Positions 27,593 through 36,948 of a stretch of DNA of 64,000 nt are shown one piece after another. The translations under genes and the position numbers were made by a program. Below the pieces are notes generated by a model, which did no database searches, had not been told where the DNA came from, and was given only the letters and a program-made list of their open reading frames with translations. Source of the stretch: Bacteroidales bacterium (GTDB lineage: Bacteria; Bacteroidota; Bacteroidia; Bacteroidales; UBA1402); contig JAZQNO010000025.1 of NCBI GenBank assembly GCA_045627385.1, positions 5,147 to 69,146 on the forward strand, read 5' to 3'. How positions within the stretch are numbered: position 1 is the stretch's first letter; each line of letters begins with the position of its first letter.

Positions 27593-29157
27593 CTGAAGCT
27601 ACCATCCATTGGATAGACATCGCCATCATACTGGTGACTTTGGTGTTCACCATCGGCGTAGGCATTTATGTCGCACATCGCAACAAAAACAGCGAAACTT
27701 ATTTCGTCGGCAGCAAGAAGGCTCCTTCATGGGCCATCGGTCTGTCCATCTTCGCCACACTCATCAGTTCGGTCACCTTCCTTTCCTATCCGGCTGCCGC
27801 CTTCAAAGGCAACTGGATTCTGCTGGTGCAGGGCCTGATGGTGCCTGTGGTGCTCGTTTTCCTCATCTGGGCCATCGTGCCGCTGTTCCGCAAGATGATC
27901 CGTCTGAGCACATACGAGTATTTCGAAAGACGTTTCGGCTTGCCGGCCCGCATCTATTCCTCTCTGGCCTTCCTGCTGACCCATTTTTCGAAAATGGGTA
28001 CGGTGTTGTATCTCATTTCATTGGCTTTGAGCAGCATGATGGGCGTTGATGCCTTCTGGATTATCATCGTGTTGGGTCTGGTCATCGTGGCCATCACCTA
28101 TGTCGGCGGTATGGAAGGCGTTATCTGGATGGATGTGGTCCAGGGTCTTCTGCTGATTTTAGGCGGCATTCTCTGTGTGGTGGTGCTTCTGGCACGTCCC
28201 GAGCAGGGAGCCATGCAGGTATTCCACGATGCCATCGCTGCGAAGAAAATCGGTTTCGGCCCCTACAACTTCAGTTTTGCTGAACTTACCTTCTGGGTAA
28301 TGGTCATCAACGGCGCTTTCTACGCATTGCAGAAATATGGCACCGACCAAACCATCGTCCAGCGTTATCTCACAGCCCGTAATGACCGTGAAGCCAAGAA
28401 GGCCGCTTATATCGGCGTCGGCCTGAGTGTACCCATCTGGGCTATGTTCATGCTGATCGGTTCGCTGCTGTTTATCTATTATCAGTCGGGTACGGCCGTG
28501 CTGCCTGAAGGAATGAAGGCCGAATCGGTCTTCCCGTACTTCATGGTGAACGAACTTCCCATTGGGGTGGCCGGTCTGGTCATTGCGGCCCTGCTGGCTG
28601 CGGCCATCTCCAGCCTGGATGCCGATATGAACTGTCTGTCGGCCATCATTGTGGAAGACTATTACGCCCGTTTCAAGAAAGACTGCACCGATCGCCAGCG
28701 CCTCAACATGGGCCGCGCCATGGTGGCCGTTTCGGGCTTGCTGACTGTTGGCGTCGCGGCTCTCTACTACGCATGGGACGGAGAGGGCGTGCTCGGTGTC
28801 ATCTTCGAACTCTACGCCATATTTTCGGCCGGTATCGTGGGTATCTTTCTGCTGGGTCTTTTCAGCCGCCGTGCCAACAAACAGGGCCTCTACATCGGCC
28901 TGCTGGTCTGCGTGCTTTTCACGGCCTATGCTGTGTTGACAACGACCAAAATCGAAGTGGAAGGCGGCAAGCAGCTGATTCTCGACTTGGGAAAATGGAA
29001 CTTCCCGCACCACAAATACATGTTGGGCGTCTACAGCCATCTGATCGTCCTGGTGGTCGGTTATGTGGCCAGTCTGTTCTTCCCCAAGCCCAGCCTCGAA
29101 AAAGGACTTACCATTTATGATTATAAAAAGTCAGATTTGACTGATTCAAACAATTGA
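27589..29157 (+). CDS. Sodium:solute symporter 2 (SiaT-like)
   Basis: SIFATLISSVTF, YEYFERRFG, GGMEGVIWMDVVQG, DQTIVQRY, AAAISSLDADMN. ATGA overlap with the aldolase gene. Confidence 0.9.
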   Translation: MTEATIHWIDIAIILVTLVFTIGVGIYVAHRNKNSETYFVGSKKAPSWAIGLSIFATLISSVTFLSYPAAAFKGNWILLVQGLMVPVVLVFLIWAIVPLFRKMIRLSTYEYFERRFGLPARIYSSLAFLLTHFSKMGTVLYLISLALSSMMGVDAFWIIIVLGLVIVAITYVGGMEGVIWMDVVQGLLLILGGILCVVVLLARPEQGAMQVFHDAIAAKKIGFGPYNFSFAELTFWVMVINGAFYALQKYGTDQTIVQRYLTARNDREAKKAAYIGVGLSVPIWAMFMLIGSLLFIYYQSGTAVLPEGMKAESVFPYFMVNELPIGVAGLVIAALLAAAISSLDADMNCLSAIIVEDYYARFKKDCTDRQRLNMGRAMVAVSGLLTVGVAALYYAWDGEGVLGVIFELYAIFSAGIVGIFLLGLFSRRANKQGLYIGLLVCVLFTAYAVLTTTKIEVEGGKQLILDLGKWNFPHHKYMLGVYSHLIVLVVGYVASLFFPKPSLEKGLTIYDYKKSDLTDSNN

Positions 29158-29163
29158 TTAGTA

Positions 29164-30312
29164 ATGAGACAAGTGCAACTGATGACCCCAAGAAAGGTCA
29201 TCGTGGGGACAGGCTGTTCCCTAAACTGGATTGAAGATTCGCTCAGCGAAGGTTACACAAAGGTGATTCTGCTTTCGACCCGTCCCATTTGGGACATGTT
29301 GGACGGAATGCTGCTCGAAGCTGCCGCCAAGGGCTTGAAGGTGGTGAAGATCGATTATGATCTGTCTGGCGAACCTACTTCTGATTATTTCGAAAAGTTA
29401 CGTAAAACCGCATCCGCCGCTTCCGCCGATGCCATAGTTGGCATCGGCGGAGGCTCGGTCCTCGATATCGCCAAGTTGCTGGCCGCACTGGCCGACCGGA
29501 AGACGCCGGTGAGCAAGTGTTTCGGCAAAAATATGCTGGAGCCCAGACGCATAGGTTTGTACTGTCTGCCCACAACTTCGGGAACCGGCAGTGAAGTGTC
29601 GCCCAACGCCATTCTGCTCGATTCGGCCGACGGCGAGAAAAAAGGCGTCATCAGTCCCTACCTTTTGCCCGACTGCACTATCATCGACCCTGAACTGACG
29701 CTGAGCCTGCCTCCCAAACAGACCGCTGAGACGGGCATGGATGCCTTGTGCCACTGTGTCGAAGCCTATATGAACAAAAATGCGCATACGGTGGTCGATG
29801 CCTATGCGATGAAAGGTGTGCAGCTGGTCTACAAAAACCTTTTGAAAGCCGTTCTTGACGGCCGAAACCGTCCGGCCCGCGAAGGTATGGCCATCGCCTC
29901 CATGATGGGCGGCCTCTGCCTGGGACCGGTCAACACCTGCGGTGTCCACGCCCTTTCCTACGGCCTTGCCGGCAAGTATCATCTGTCTCACGGTCTGGCC
30001 AACGCGCTGCTGTTGCCCGAAGTGATGAGTTTCAACATCCCCGGCTGTCAGGCCCGCATTTCCGACCTGGGCAAGGTGCTTGGCGTACAGATGACACGCG
30101 ACACCGGACGCAATGCCAAAGCCGTGGTGGAGGTCATCCGCACGCTTTCGGCCAAATGCGGCATTCCCCAGCATCTTTCCGAACTGGGTGTCAAGGCGGA
30201 AGACATTCCCGAAATGGCCGACATGGCGATGAACGTCACCCGTCTGCTCGAAAACAATCCGCGCGAAATCACGCGTGAAGACGCCATTCAGATATACACT
30301 AACATATTGTAA
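29164..30312 (+). CDS. Iron-containing alcohol dehydrogenase family oxidoreductase
   Basis: GGGSVLDIAK, PTTSGTGSEV, metal ligands in DALCH..E, GVHAL, SHG, and NNPR. Confidence 0.9.
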   Translation: MRQVQLMTPRKVIVGTGCSLNWIEDSLSEGYTKVILLSTRPIWDMLDGMLLEAAAKGLKVVKIDYDLSGEPTSDYFEKLRKTASAASADAIVGIGGGSVLDIAKLLAALADRKTPVSKCFGKNMLEPRRIGLYCLPTTSGTGSEVSPNAILLDSADGEKKGVISPYLLPDCTIIDPELTLSLPPKQTAETGMDALCHCVEAYMNKNAHTVVDAYAMKGVQLVYKNLLKAVLDGRNRPAREGMAIASMMGGLCLGPVNTCGVHALSYGLAGKYHLSHGLANALLLPEVMSFNIPGCQARISDLGKVLGVQMTRDTGRNAKAVVEVIRTLSAKCGIPQHLSELGVKAEDIPEMADMAMNVTRLLENNPREITREDAIQIYTNIL

Positions 30313-30315
30313 TTC

Positions 30316-31341
30316 ATGGAAAAACCTATTGTCAGCATCAGTATGGGCGATCCGGCCGGCATCGGTCCCGAGATTACCGTCAAAGCTCTTCAGAACGAAT
30401 CTGTCTATGAGCGTTGCCGCCCGATGGTGGTGGGTGACGCCAAAGTAATGAGCGATGCGGTCGCTTTTTTGAATACTCATCTGCAGATCCATCCTATCCA
30501 CGACGTTTCGGAGGCCCTGTTCCAATTCGGCACCATTGATGTCTATGACCTTGACAATGTGGACATGCCTTGTCTGCAGTATGGCGTGGTCAGCCCGATG
30601 TGCGGTCATGCGGCTTTTGAAGCGGTCCGTACCAATATAGAACTGGCCATGGCCCATAAGGTCGACGCCACGGTGACGGCTCCTATCAACAAGGAAGCCA
30701 TTCACGCGGCCGGTCACGACTTCTCGGGCCATACCGAAATATATGCCCATTACACTCAGACGAAGAACTACGCCATGCTGTTGGCAGACGATTCCCTGCG
30801 TGTCATTCACGTGAGCACACACGTGTCTCTTCGCGAGGCTTGTGACCGCGCCAAGAAGGCCCGTGTGCTGGATGTGATCGGTCTGCTTCACGACGCCTGC
30901 CGTCGTTTCGGCATCGAGAAACCTCATCTGGCCGTGGCCGGTCTAAACCCGCATTGCGGTGAAAACGGCCTCTTCGGTCAGGAAGAAATCGAGGAGATCA
31001 TTCCTGCCGTTCAGGAAGCCCGCACCCGTGGCTACGATGTGGAAGGCCCCGTGCCCCCGGATACCGTTTTCGCCAAAGCCGTTCAGGGAAAGTTCGACGG
31101 AGTGGTGGCCATGTATCACGACCAAGGGCACATCCCGTTCAAACTGGTTGGATTCCGCTGGAACAACGAAACTCAGAAGATGGACAGCGTCAAGGGTGTG
31201 AACATCACGCTCGGACTGCCCATCATCCGCACTTCCGTCGATCATGGCACGGCCTTTGAAATCGCCGGTCAGGGTATCGCCTGTGAAGATGCCATGCTCA
31301 TTTCCATCGACTATGCCCTGAAAATGGCGCAAAACAGCTGA
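30316..31341 (+). CDS. pdxA2: PdxA-family dehydrogenase (PdxA2, D-threonate/erythronate-4-phosphate dehydrogenase type)
   Basis: MGDPAGIGPEI, GHTE, STHVSL, GLNPHCGE, MYHDQGHIPFK, RTSVDHGTAF. Adjacent to a DUF1537 kinase. Confidence 0.85.
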   Translation: MEKPIVSISMGDPAGIGPEITVKALQNESVYERCRPMVVGDAKVMSDAVAFLNTHLQIHPIHDVSEALFQFGTIDVYDLDNVDMPCLQYGVVSPMCGHAAFEAVRTNIELAMAHKVDATVTAPINKEAIHAAGHDFSGHTEIYAHYTQTKNYAMLLADDSLRVIHVSTHVSLREACDRAKKARVLDVIGLLHDACRRFGIEKPHLAVAGLNPHCGENGLFGQEEIEEIIPAVQEARTRGYDVEGPVPPDTVFAKAVQGKFDGVVAMYHDQGHIPFKLVGFRWNNETQKMDSVKGVNITLGLPIIRTSVDHGTAFEIAGQGIACEDAMLISIDYALKMAQNS

Positions 31342-31342
31342 T

Positions 31343-32491
31343 ATGATCGCACTTGTCGCAGATGATTTCACCGGCGCGGCCGAAGTGGCCGGCATTTGCA
31401 TGCGTCGTGGCGTGAGCGTGAGTTTCCTGACGGGCATTCCCGATCCGGAAATCATATCCGCCCTTACGACCGATGTGGCGGTGATTGCCGAAGACACCCG
31501 CTCTTTTTCCAAAGAGGGTGCTGAGAAAATCAGCCGCTTGCTGGCCGAAAACCTGAAAGCAGCCGGCGTTACCCAGATTGTCAAGAAAATCGATTCCGTG
31601 ATGCGCGGCTGGGTGCTGCCCGAAATGAATGCCATCGCATCGGTGATGGGCTATGAAAGCCTTCTCATCCAGCCGGCCAATACCGAAACGGGCCGCAGTG
31701 TCCGCAACGGCATGTATTTCATTGGAGAACAACTGCTGTCGGAAACGGCTTTCGCACAGGATCCCGACTTCCCTGCACCTACCTCGTCGGTGGAGAAACT
31801 ATTGGAACTGAGAGGCGGTGTCAGTGTGGTTCCCTATCTGGTGCCCGATGCCGAGAACGACGAGGACCTGCTGCACAGTGTCCGTCTGAGCAACGGCAAT
31901 GTACTGGCAGGAGGCAGTGCCGCCTTCTGGCGTGTCTATCTTGAAAATCAGATTCGTCTGGGTCGTGTGAAATCCAACCCGGTGGAGCGGGACGTCATCG
32001 GCCGCTTTCTGCTCCGCGATTGCCTGATGGTCTGCGGAAGCGCCCATCAGAACAGCATGGATTTTTCTTCCCGTCTGGCCAACAGCGGTTTCCCGGTCCT
32101 GGCCATGCCTGAGACGATGTGCCTGGAGGAAAAACCCTCCGAAGAAGAATACGAACGTTGGGTCGGCCTCTGCGAATCGGTCTGGAAAAAGGAAAGACGC
32201 CTTCTGGTGCGTCTGGCTTCCCGTCCCGGATTCCCGCAGGCGGCCGAAACTTTGCTGTTCCGCTTTTCCGAAGCGGTCGGCATGCTGCTTGACCGCATCG
32301 ATCCCTCCCAACTGCTGGTCGAGGGTGGCGCGACCGCCTACAGTCTGCTGTTCCAGCGTCAGGGGTGGACTTCGTTCATTCCCGAAAAGGAATGGCTGCC
32401 CGGTGTCGTCCAGCTGAAATTGGCCACTCCTCCCGGCATCAGCATCACGCTCAAGCCCGGCAGTTATGCCTGGCCCGCTTTCGAATATTGA
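31343..32491 (+). CDS. Four-carbon acid sugar kinase (DUF1537; DtnK/DenK type)
   Basis: ADDFTGA, DTRS, KKIDSVMRG, EGGATA, KPGSY. Confidence 0.85.
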   Translation: MIALVADDFTGAAEVAGICMRRGVSVSFLTGIPDPEIISALTTDVAVIAEDTRSFSKEGAEKISRLLAENLKAAGVTQIVKKIDSVMRGWVLPEMNAIASVMGYESLLIQPANTETGRSVRNGMYFIGEQLLSETAFAQDPDFPAPTSSVEKLLELRGGVSVVPYLVPDAENDEDLLHSVRLSNGNVLAGGSAAFWRVYLENQIRLGRVKSNPVERDVIGRFLLRDCLMVCGSAHQNSMDFSSRLANSGFPVLAMPETMCLEEKPSEEEYERWVGLCESVWKKERRLLVRLASRPGFPQAAETLLFRFSEAVGMLLDRIDPSQLLVEGGATAYSLLFQRQGWTSFIPEKEWLPGVVQLKLATPPGISITLKPGSYAWPAFEY

Positions 32492-32505
32492 AAAAACCGA
32501 CAGCA

Positions 32506-34083
32506 ATGAAACACTTTTCATCCATCGCTCTTTTTTGTCTGGCCATGCTTTCAAGTCTGAACTTGAGAGCGAAAACCGTCAACATTCTCGAAGCCGGCGG
32601 TTCCAACGACGGAAAAAAGCTCAATACCGCAGTCATCGAAAAAACCGTCAGCCGCCTGGCAGAGCAGGGTGGGGGAACACTTTATTTCCCTGCCGGCACC
32701 TATCTGACCGGTCCGATTACCCTTCGGAGCAATATCACGCTCGATATCGAATCGGGGGCCGTGCTGTCGTTCACGGATGACTTCGACGCGTACATGCCCT
32801 TTGTGGAGATGCGTTACGAAGGCGTGGTGATGAAAAGTTTCCATCCGCTCATCTACGCCTATGAGGCCGAAAACATCACCATCAAGGGTCGTGGGACGCT
32901 CGAAGGCAACGGAAGCGCCTGGTGGACGGAAAACTGGCGTATCGAAGGAGCCCTCAAAGACGGGGAGAAAATCGAGAAAACCAAGTATCAGAAAGCTTTC
33001 CTTGAAGCCAATCCCGATCTCGTTCTCGAGCCTCAAAGCGATTGGAAAGGTACGCTTGCCCGCGAATTCTTCCGCCCGCCTTTCATTCAGCTCTACCGCT
33101 GCAAGAACATCCTCATCGAAGGCCTCCATATTCAGAATTCTCCTTTCTGGACCGTCAATCCGGAATTCTGCGACAACCTCAACATCACCGGACTGACCAT
33201 CGTCAACCCGCCCTCGCCCAACACCGACGGCATCAATCCCTCGTCCTGCAGCAACGTGCATATTTCCAACTGTCACATCAGCGTGGGAGACGACTGCATC
33301 ACCATCAAGAGCGGACGCGACCTGCAGGGCCGCCAATACGGCGTTCCCTGTCAGAACGTCACCATCACCAACTGCACCATGCTTTCCGGTCACGGCGGTG
33401 TCGTCATCGGCAGCGAGATGTCGGGCGACGTGCGCAAGGTGAGCATCAGCAACTGTGTCTTCGACGGCACCGACCGAGGTATCCGCATCAAGAGCAGCCG
33501 CGGCCGCGGGGGAATCGTCGAGGAGATCCGCGTGGACAACATCGTGATGAAGAATATCCGCAAGGAAGCCATCATTCTGACACTTTTCTACGGGCGCTCT
33601 TTTCCGGAACCGGTTTCCGACCGTACGCCTGTCTTCCGCAACATCCACATTTCCAATATGACCGGCACGCAGATCAATTCGGTCGGCGAAATCCACGGCA
33701 TCGAAGAAATGCCCGTTTCCAACGTCAGCATCTGCAATGTCAATATGGAAGCCCAAAGCGGCTTGCGTGTCATCGATGCACGCGACATCACTCTGCGCGA
33801 CTTTACCGTCGACACACAGAGGGGCCCGGCCGTCTCGGCCAGCAAGGCCAGCGACCTTTATTTCTCCAATGTCCGTACGAACAGCCCGACAGCCGATGCG
33901 CCCGTCATTCTGCTGAATCAGGTCAAACGCACCTGGGTGTCCGACTGTTTTCCCAAGCCTGGCAGTTCATGTCTGGTCGAGGTGAGAGGAACCGATTCGG
34001 AAGACATTGTCCTGATGAACAATTACTGCAAAGGTCTGGATGCCGTCAAGGCGGAAGAGCCCATTACCATCGTTCAAAAATAA
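32506..34083 (+). CDS. GH28 (poly)galacturonase
   Basis: Signal peptide. NTDG, GDD, GHGG..IGSE, RIKS catalytic motifs. Start at ATG 32506. Confidence 0.92.
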   Translation: MKHFSSIALFCLAMLSSLNLRAKTVNILEAGGSNDGKKLNTAVIEKTVSRLAEQGGGTLYFPAGTYLTGPITLRSNITLDIESGAVLSFTDDFDAYMPFVEMRYEGVVMKSFHPLIYAYEAENITIKGRGTLEGNGSAWWTENWRIEGALKDGEKIEKTKYQKAFLEANPDLVLEPQSDWKGTLAREFFRPPFIQLYRCKNILIEGLHIQNSPFWTVNPEFCDNLNITGLTIVNPPSPNTDGINPSSCSNVHISNCHISVGDDCITIKSGRDLQGRQYGVPCQNVTITNCTMLSGHGGVVIGSEMSGDVRKVSISNCVFDGTDRGIRIKSSRGRGGIVEEIRVDNIVMKNIRKEAIILTLFYGRSFPEPVSDRTPVFRNIHISNMTGTQINSVGEIHGIEEMPVSNVSICNVNMEAQSGLRVIDARDITLRDFTVDTQRGPAVSASKASDLYFSNVRTNSPTADAPVILLNQVKRTWVSDCFPKPGSSCLVEVRGTDSEDIVLMNNYCKGLDAVKAEEPITIVQK

Positions 34084-34098
34084 ATTTCCTTACCGATT

Positions 34099-35460
34099 AT
34101 GGCACAAAAGAAAAGAGATGAATTCAAGAGCAAGTTCGGCGTTCTGCTGGCAATGGTCGGATCCGCGGTCGGCCTGGGCAATCTGTGGCGTTTCCCGTAT
34201 CTGATGGGCACCAATGGGGGCTCGGCCTTCATCATTGTCTATCTGGGCTTTGTCATCGTTCTCTGTCTGCCTGTGCTTTTTTCCGAATTCATTGTCGGCA
34301 AAGCGAGCCACTCCAATGCCTGCGGGGCCTTCAAGACGCTGGCTCCTGGTTCGAAATGGTATCTCTACGGCTTGCTGTCGGTGTGCTGCTGCTTCATGAT
34401 CCTGTCGTTCTACAACGTGGTCGGCGGCTGGACGCTGAATTATCTTATCCGCTCGTTCACGGTCGATTTTTCCACTTTGGACAACGAAGTGCTGGTCGAC
34501 ACGTTCCAGTCGGCTTCCGGTTCAGTGGGCTGGTGGCTTCCGCTTCTCTGCTTCTGGCTGTTCATGCTGTTCAATGCCGGTATCCTCACGGGCGGCATCC
34601 AGGCCGGCATCGAGAAGTTCACCAAAATCATGACTCCGGCTCTGTTTCTGCTGGTAGCCATCATCGCCAGCTATTCGTTGAGTCTGAACGGCTCCATGGA
34701 AGGCTTGCGTTTCATGTTCGCTCCCGATTTTTCCAAACTGAGCCTGAAGACGCTCCAGTCGGCGATGGGACAGGCCTTCCTTTCGCTGAGCATCGGTTGC
34801 GGCTGCATTCTCACCTACGCTTCTTATGTGAAAGACGATCACCGCATCATGAAGACGTCGCTCTCTACGGCTTTGGCAGATACCTTTTTTGCCCTGCTGG
34901 CCGGCTGCGCCATCATGCCTGCCGTGTTCAGTTTCGGCATATCGCCCAGTCAGGGCCCCGGTCTGGTGTTCGTGACGCTGCCCGGCATTTTCGCACAGCT
35001 TCCCGTCGGCCGTCTCATTGCCATTCTGTTCTTCTTCGTACTGTTTCTGGCGGCTCTCACCTCGTCCATCTCAATGTTCGAAGTGGCCGTGGCCTATGTG
35101 GGCGAGGAATACAAGCTGAAACGCAAGTCGTCAGTACTCGTCTGTATGGGCATTACGGTTATTTTCGGCTCGCTTTGTTCGTTGTCGATGGGGCCTTTGG
35201 CCGATTTCCACATTTTTGGAAAGACCGTGTTTGACTTTTTCGATTCAACCACATCTAACATACTGATGCCTCTCGGCGGACTCATCATTGTCCTGTTTGT
35301 GGGATGGCGTATGAAAAAATCTCAGGTTATGGCCGAATTGACCAATGGCGGCAGCCTGAAAATGAAGCCTTGGCTGCTGAATGCGGTCTGGTTCCTGATC
35401 CGTTTCGTCGCCCCGCTGATTTTGATTGTCTTGCTGACGAGTACCATCTTTATCAAATGA
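34099..35460 (+). CDS. Sodium-dependent transporter, NSS/SNF family
   Basis: GSAVGLGNLWRFPY, GGSAF, QAFLSLSIG, GPGLVFVTLP, AALTSSIS. Confidence 0.9.
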   Translation: MAQKKRDEFKSKFGVLLAMVGSAVGLGNLWRFPYLMGTNGGSAFIIVYLGFVIVLCLPVLFSEFIVGKASHSNACGAFKTLAPGSKWYLYGLLSVCCCFMILSFYNVVGGWTLNYLIRSFTVDFSTLDNEVLVDTFQSASGSVGWWLPLLCFWLFMLFNAGILTGGIQAGIEKFTKIMTPALFLLVAIIASYSLSLNGSMEGLRFMFAPDFSKLSLKTLQSAMGQAFLSLSIGCGCILTYASYVKDDHRIMKTSLSTALADTFFALLAGCAIMPAVFSFGISPSQGPGLVFVTLPGIFAQLPVGRLIAILFFFVLFLAALTSSISMFEVAVAYVGEEYKLKRKSSVLVCMGITVIFGSLCSLSMGPLADFHIFGKTVFDFFDSTTSNILMPLGGLIIVLFVGWRMKKSQVMAELTNGGSLKMKPWLLNAVWFLIRFVAPLILIVLLTSTIFIK

Positions 35461-35475
35461 TTAAACTTTTGCCCG

Positions 35476-36915
35476 ATGAAGAATAAACTTATTGCAACAG
35501 TCGTATTGCTGGTCTTCGTGCTGATGCCGGCTCTCGCACAGTTTTCACAGCTGTCGCAGGTGACTTTCGACCGTCCGACGGCCGACACCCAGTTCGCCCG
35601 TCCGCTCAAGGACGTGCTCGACGACATCGAAGCCCGTTTCCAAATCAAGCTCAACCGTCCGAAGGAACTCGACCAGACCCAGATGGTGCCCTATGCCGAT
35701 TACCGCATCGCTCCCTGGAGTGTGGAGGAAAGTCTGAACAATGTGCTGGCCATGTTCGATTTCAAGGCCGTTCTCAACGGAGCTCCCGGCCGTTACAAGA
35801 TCAGTCAGTACGAATATATGCGCCATACGCCCGAATACGGCGAGAAATTCATAGCCTATCTCAATACGCTGTACGACGACAAGGAAAGTTTTGAAGCCCG
35901 TCGGGCTGAGCTGCAGGGACAGCTGCGCCATCTGGCCGGTCTCGACAGCCTGCCCGAGCGTCCGAATTCGAAGCCTTATCTCACACCGAAACGCGTCTAT
36001 GGCGACTACTATGTGCAGAACATCGGTCTGGAAATCCTGCCGGGTGTCTATTGCACCGGTTCCATCTACCATCCGACCAAGTTCAAGAAGGGCTCTTGCC
36101 CGGTCATTCTCAATCCCAACGGCCATTTCGGCGACGGACGTTACCGCAAGGACGAACAGTTGCGTTGTGCCATGCAGGCCCGTATGGGCTGCATCGCCGT
36201 CAGCTACGACCTTTTCGCCTGGGATGAGCAACTGCTGCAGTTCGAATCGCGCTCTCACCGCACGGCTATGGCTCATACCATACAGAACCTCAACGCCATC
36301 CGCCTGCTTGACTATCTTCTCACACTAAAGGAAGCCGACAAGACTCGTGTCGGCATCACCGGCGGCAGCGGCGGCGGCAGCGCCACGATGTTCCTCACAG
36401 CCATTGACGACCGCATTACGCTGAGCATGCCGGTTGTGATGACCACGTCCTATTTCCTGGGCGGATGTCCCTGCGAAAGCGGCAATCCGGTGCATCTGGC
36501 CGGCGGCGGCACCAACAATTCGGAACTGACGGCTCTCTGCGCTCCGCGTCCTCTGCTGGTGGTCAGCGATGGGGGAGACTGGACTGCGACCGTTCCTCAG
36601 ATCACCTTCCCGTATCTGCAGCGCGTCTATGGTTTCTACGGCGCAGAGGACAAATTGGAGAATGCCCATTTCCCGCGCGAGGGCCACGATTATGGATGGT
36701 CCAAGCGTGAAGCCACCTACAAGTTCCTCGAAAAGCATTGGAAATTGGATACTTCCAAGGTGAAGGACTCCGAAGGCAAGTTCGACGAGTCGGCTTGCAC
36801 CGTCGAAGAGTACAAACTCCTCAAAGTCTGGGGAGAAAACGGTGAAAATCTGCCCGCCAATGCAGTCAAGGGCATCGAAAACCTCTACCGGATGTTCAAG
36901 GAATACGGCAAGTGA
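35476..36915 (+). CDS. Alpha/beta-hydrolase carbohydrate esterase, BT1017/CE19-like pectin methylesterase
   Basis: Signal peptide. NPNGHF, nucleophile elbow TGGSGGG, GGCPCESG, SDGGDWT, EGHDYG. RG-II-type neighbourhood. Confidence 0.7.
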   Translation: MKNKLIATVVLLVFVLMPALAQFSQLSQVTFDRPTADTQFARPLKDVLDDIEARFQIKLNRPKELDQTQMVPYADYRIAPWSVEESLNNVLAMFDFKAVLNGAPGRYKISQYEYMRHTPEYGEKFIAYLNTLYDDKESFEARRAELQGQLRHLAGLDSLPERPNSKPYLTPKRVYGDYYVQNIGLEILPGVYCTGSIYHPTKFKKGSCPVILNPNGHFGDGRYRKDEQLRCAMQARMGCIAVSYDLFAWDEQLLQFESRSHRTAMAHTIQNLNAIRLLDYLLTLKEADKTRVGITGGSGGGSATMFLTAIDDRITLSMPVVMTTSYFLGGCPCESGNPVHLAGGGTNNSELTALCAPRPLLVVSDGGDWTATVPQITFPYLQRVYGFYGAEDKLENAHFPREGHDYGWSKREATYKFLEKHWKLDTSKVKDSEGKFDESACTVEEYKLLKVWGENGENLPANAVKGIENLYRMFKEYGK

Positions 36916-36948
36916 AAATTTATATAAACATTATAACATCAAACAATT

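Noticed and set aside
30316-31341. pdxA as a vitamin B6 biosynthesis gene
   Set aside because: Its adjacency to a DUF1537 kinase in a catabolic operon fits PdxA2. No pdxJ/pdxB is present in the window.
26696-32491. Apiose/apionate or aceric acid catabolism as the role of the module
   Set aside because: No apiose isomerase, transketolase halves, RuBisCO-like protein or apionate oxidoisomerase was recognised, and a pyruvate aldolase needs a 2-keto-3-deoxy acid. Less parsimonious than Dha but not formally excluded.
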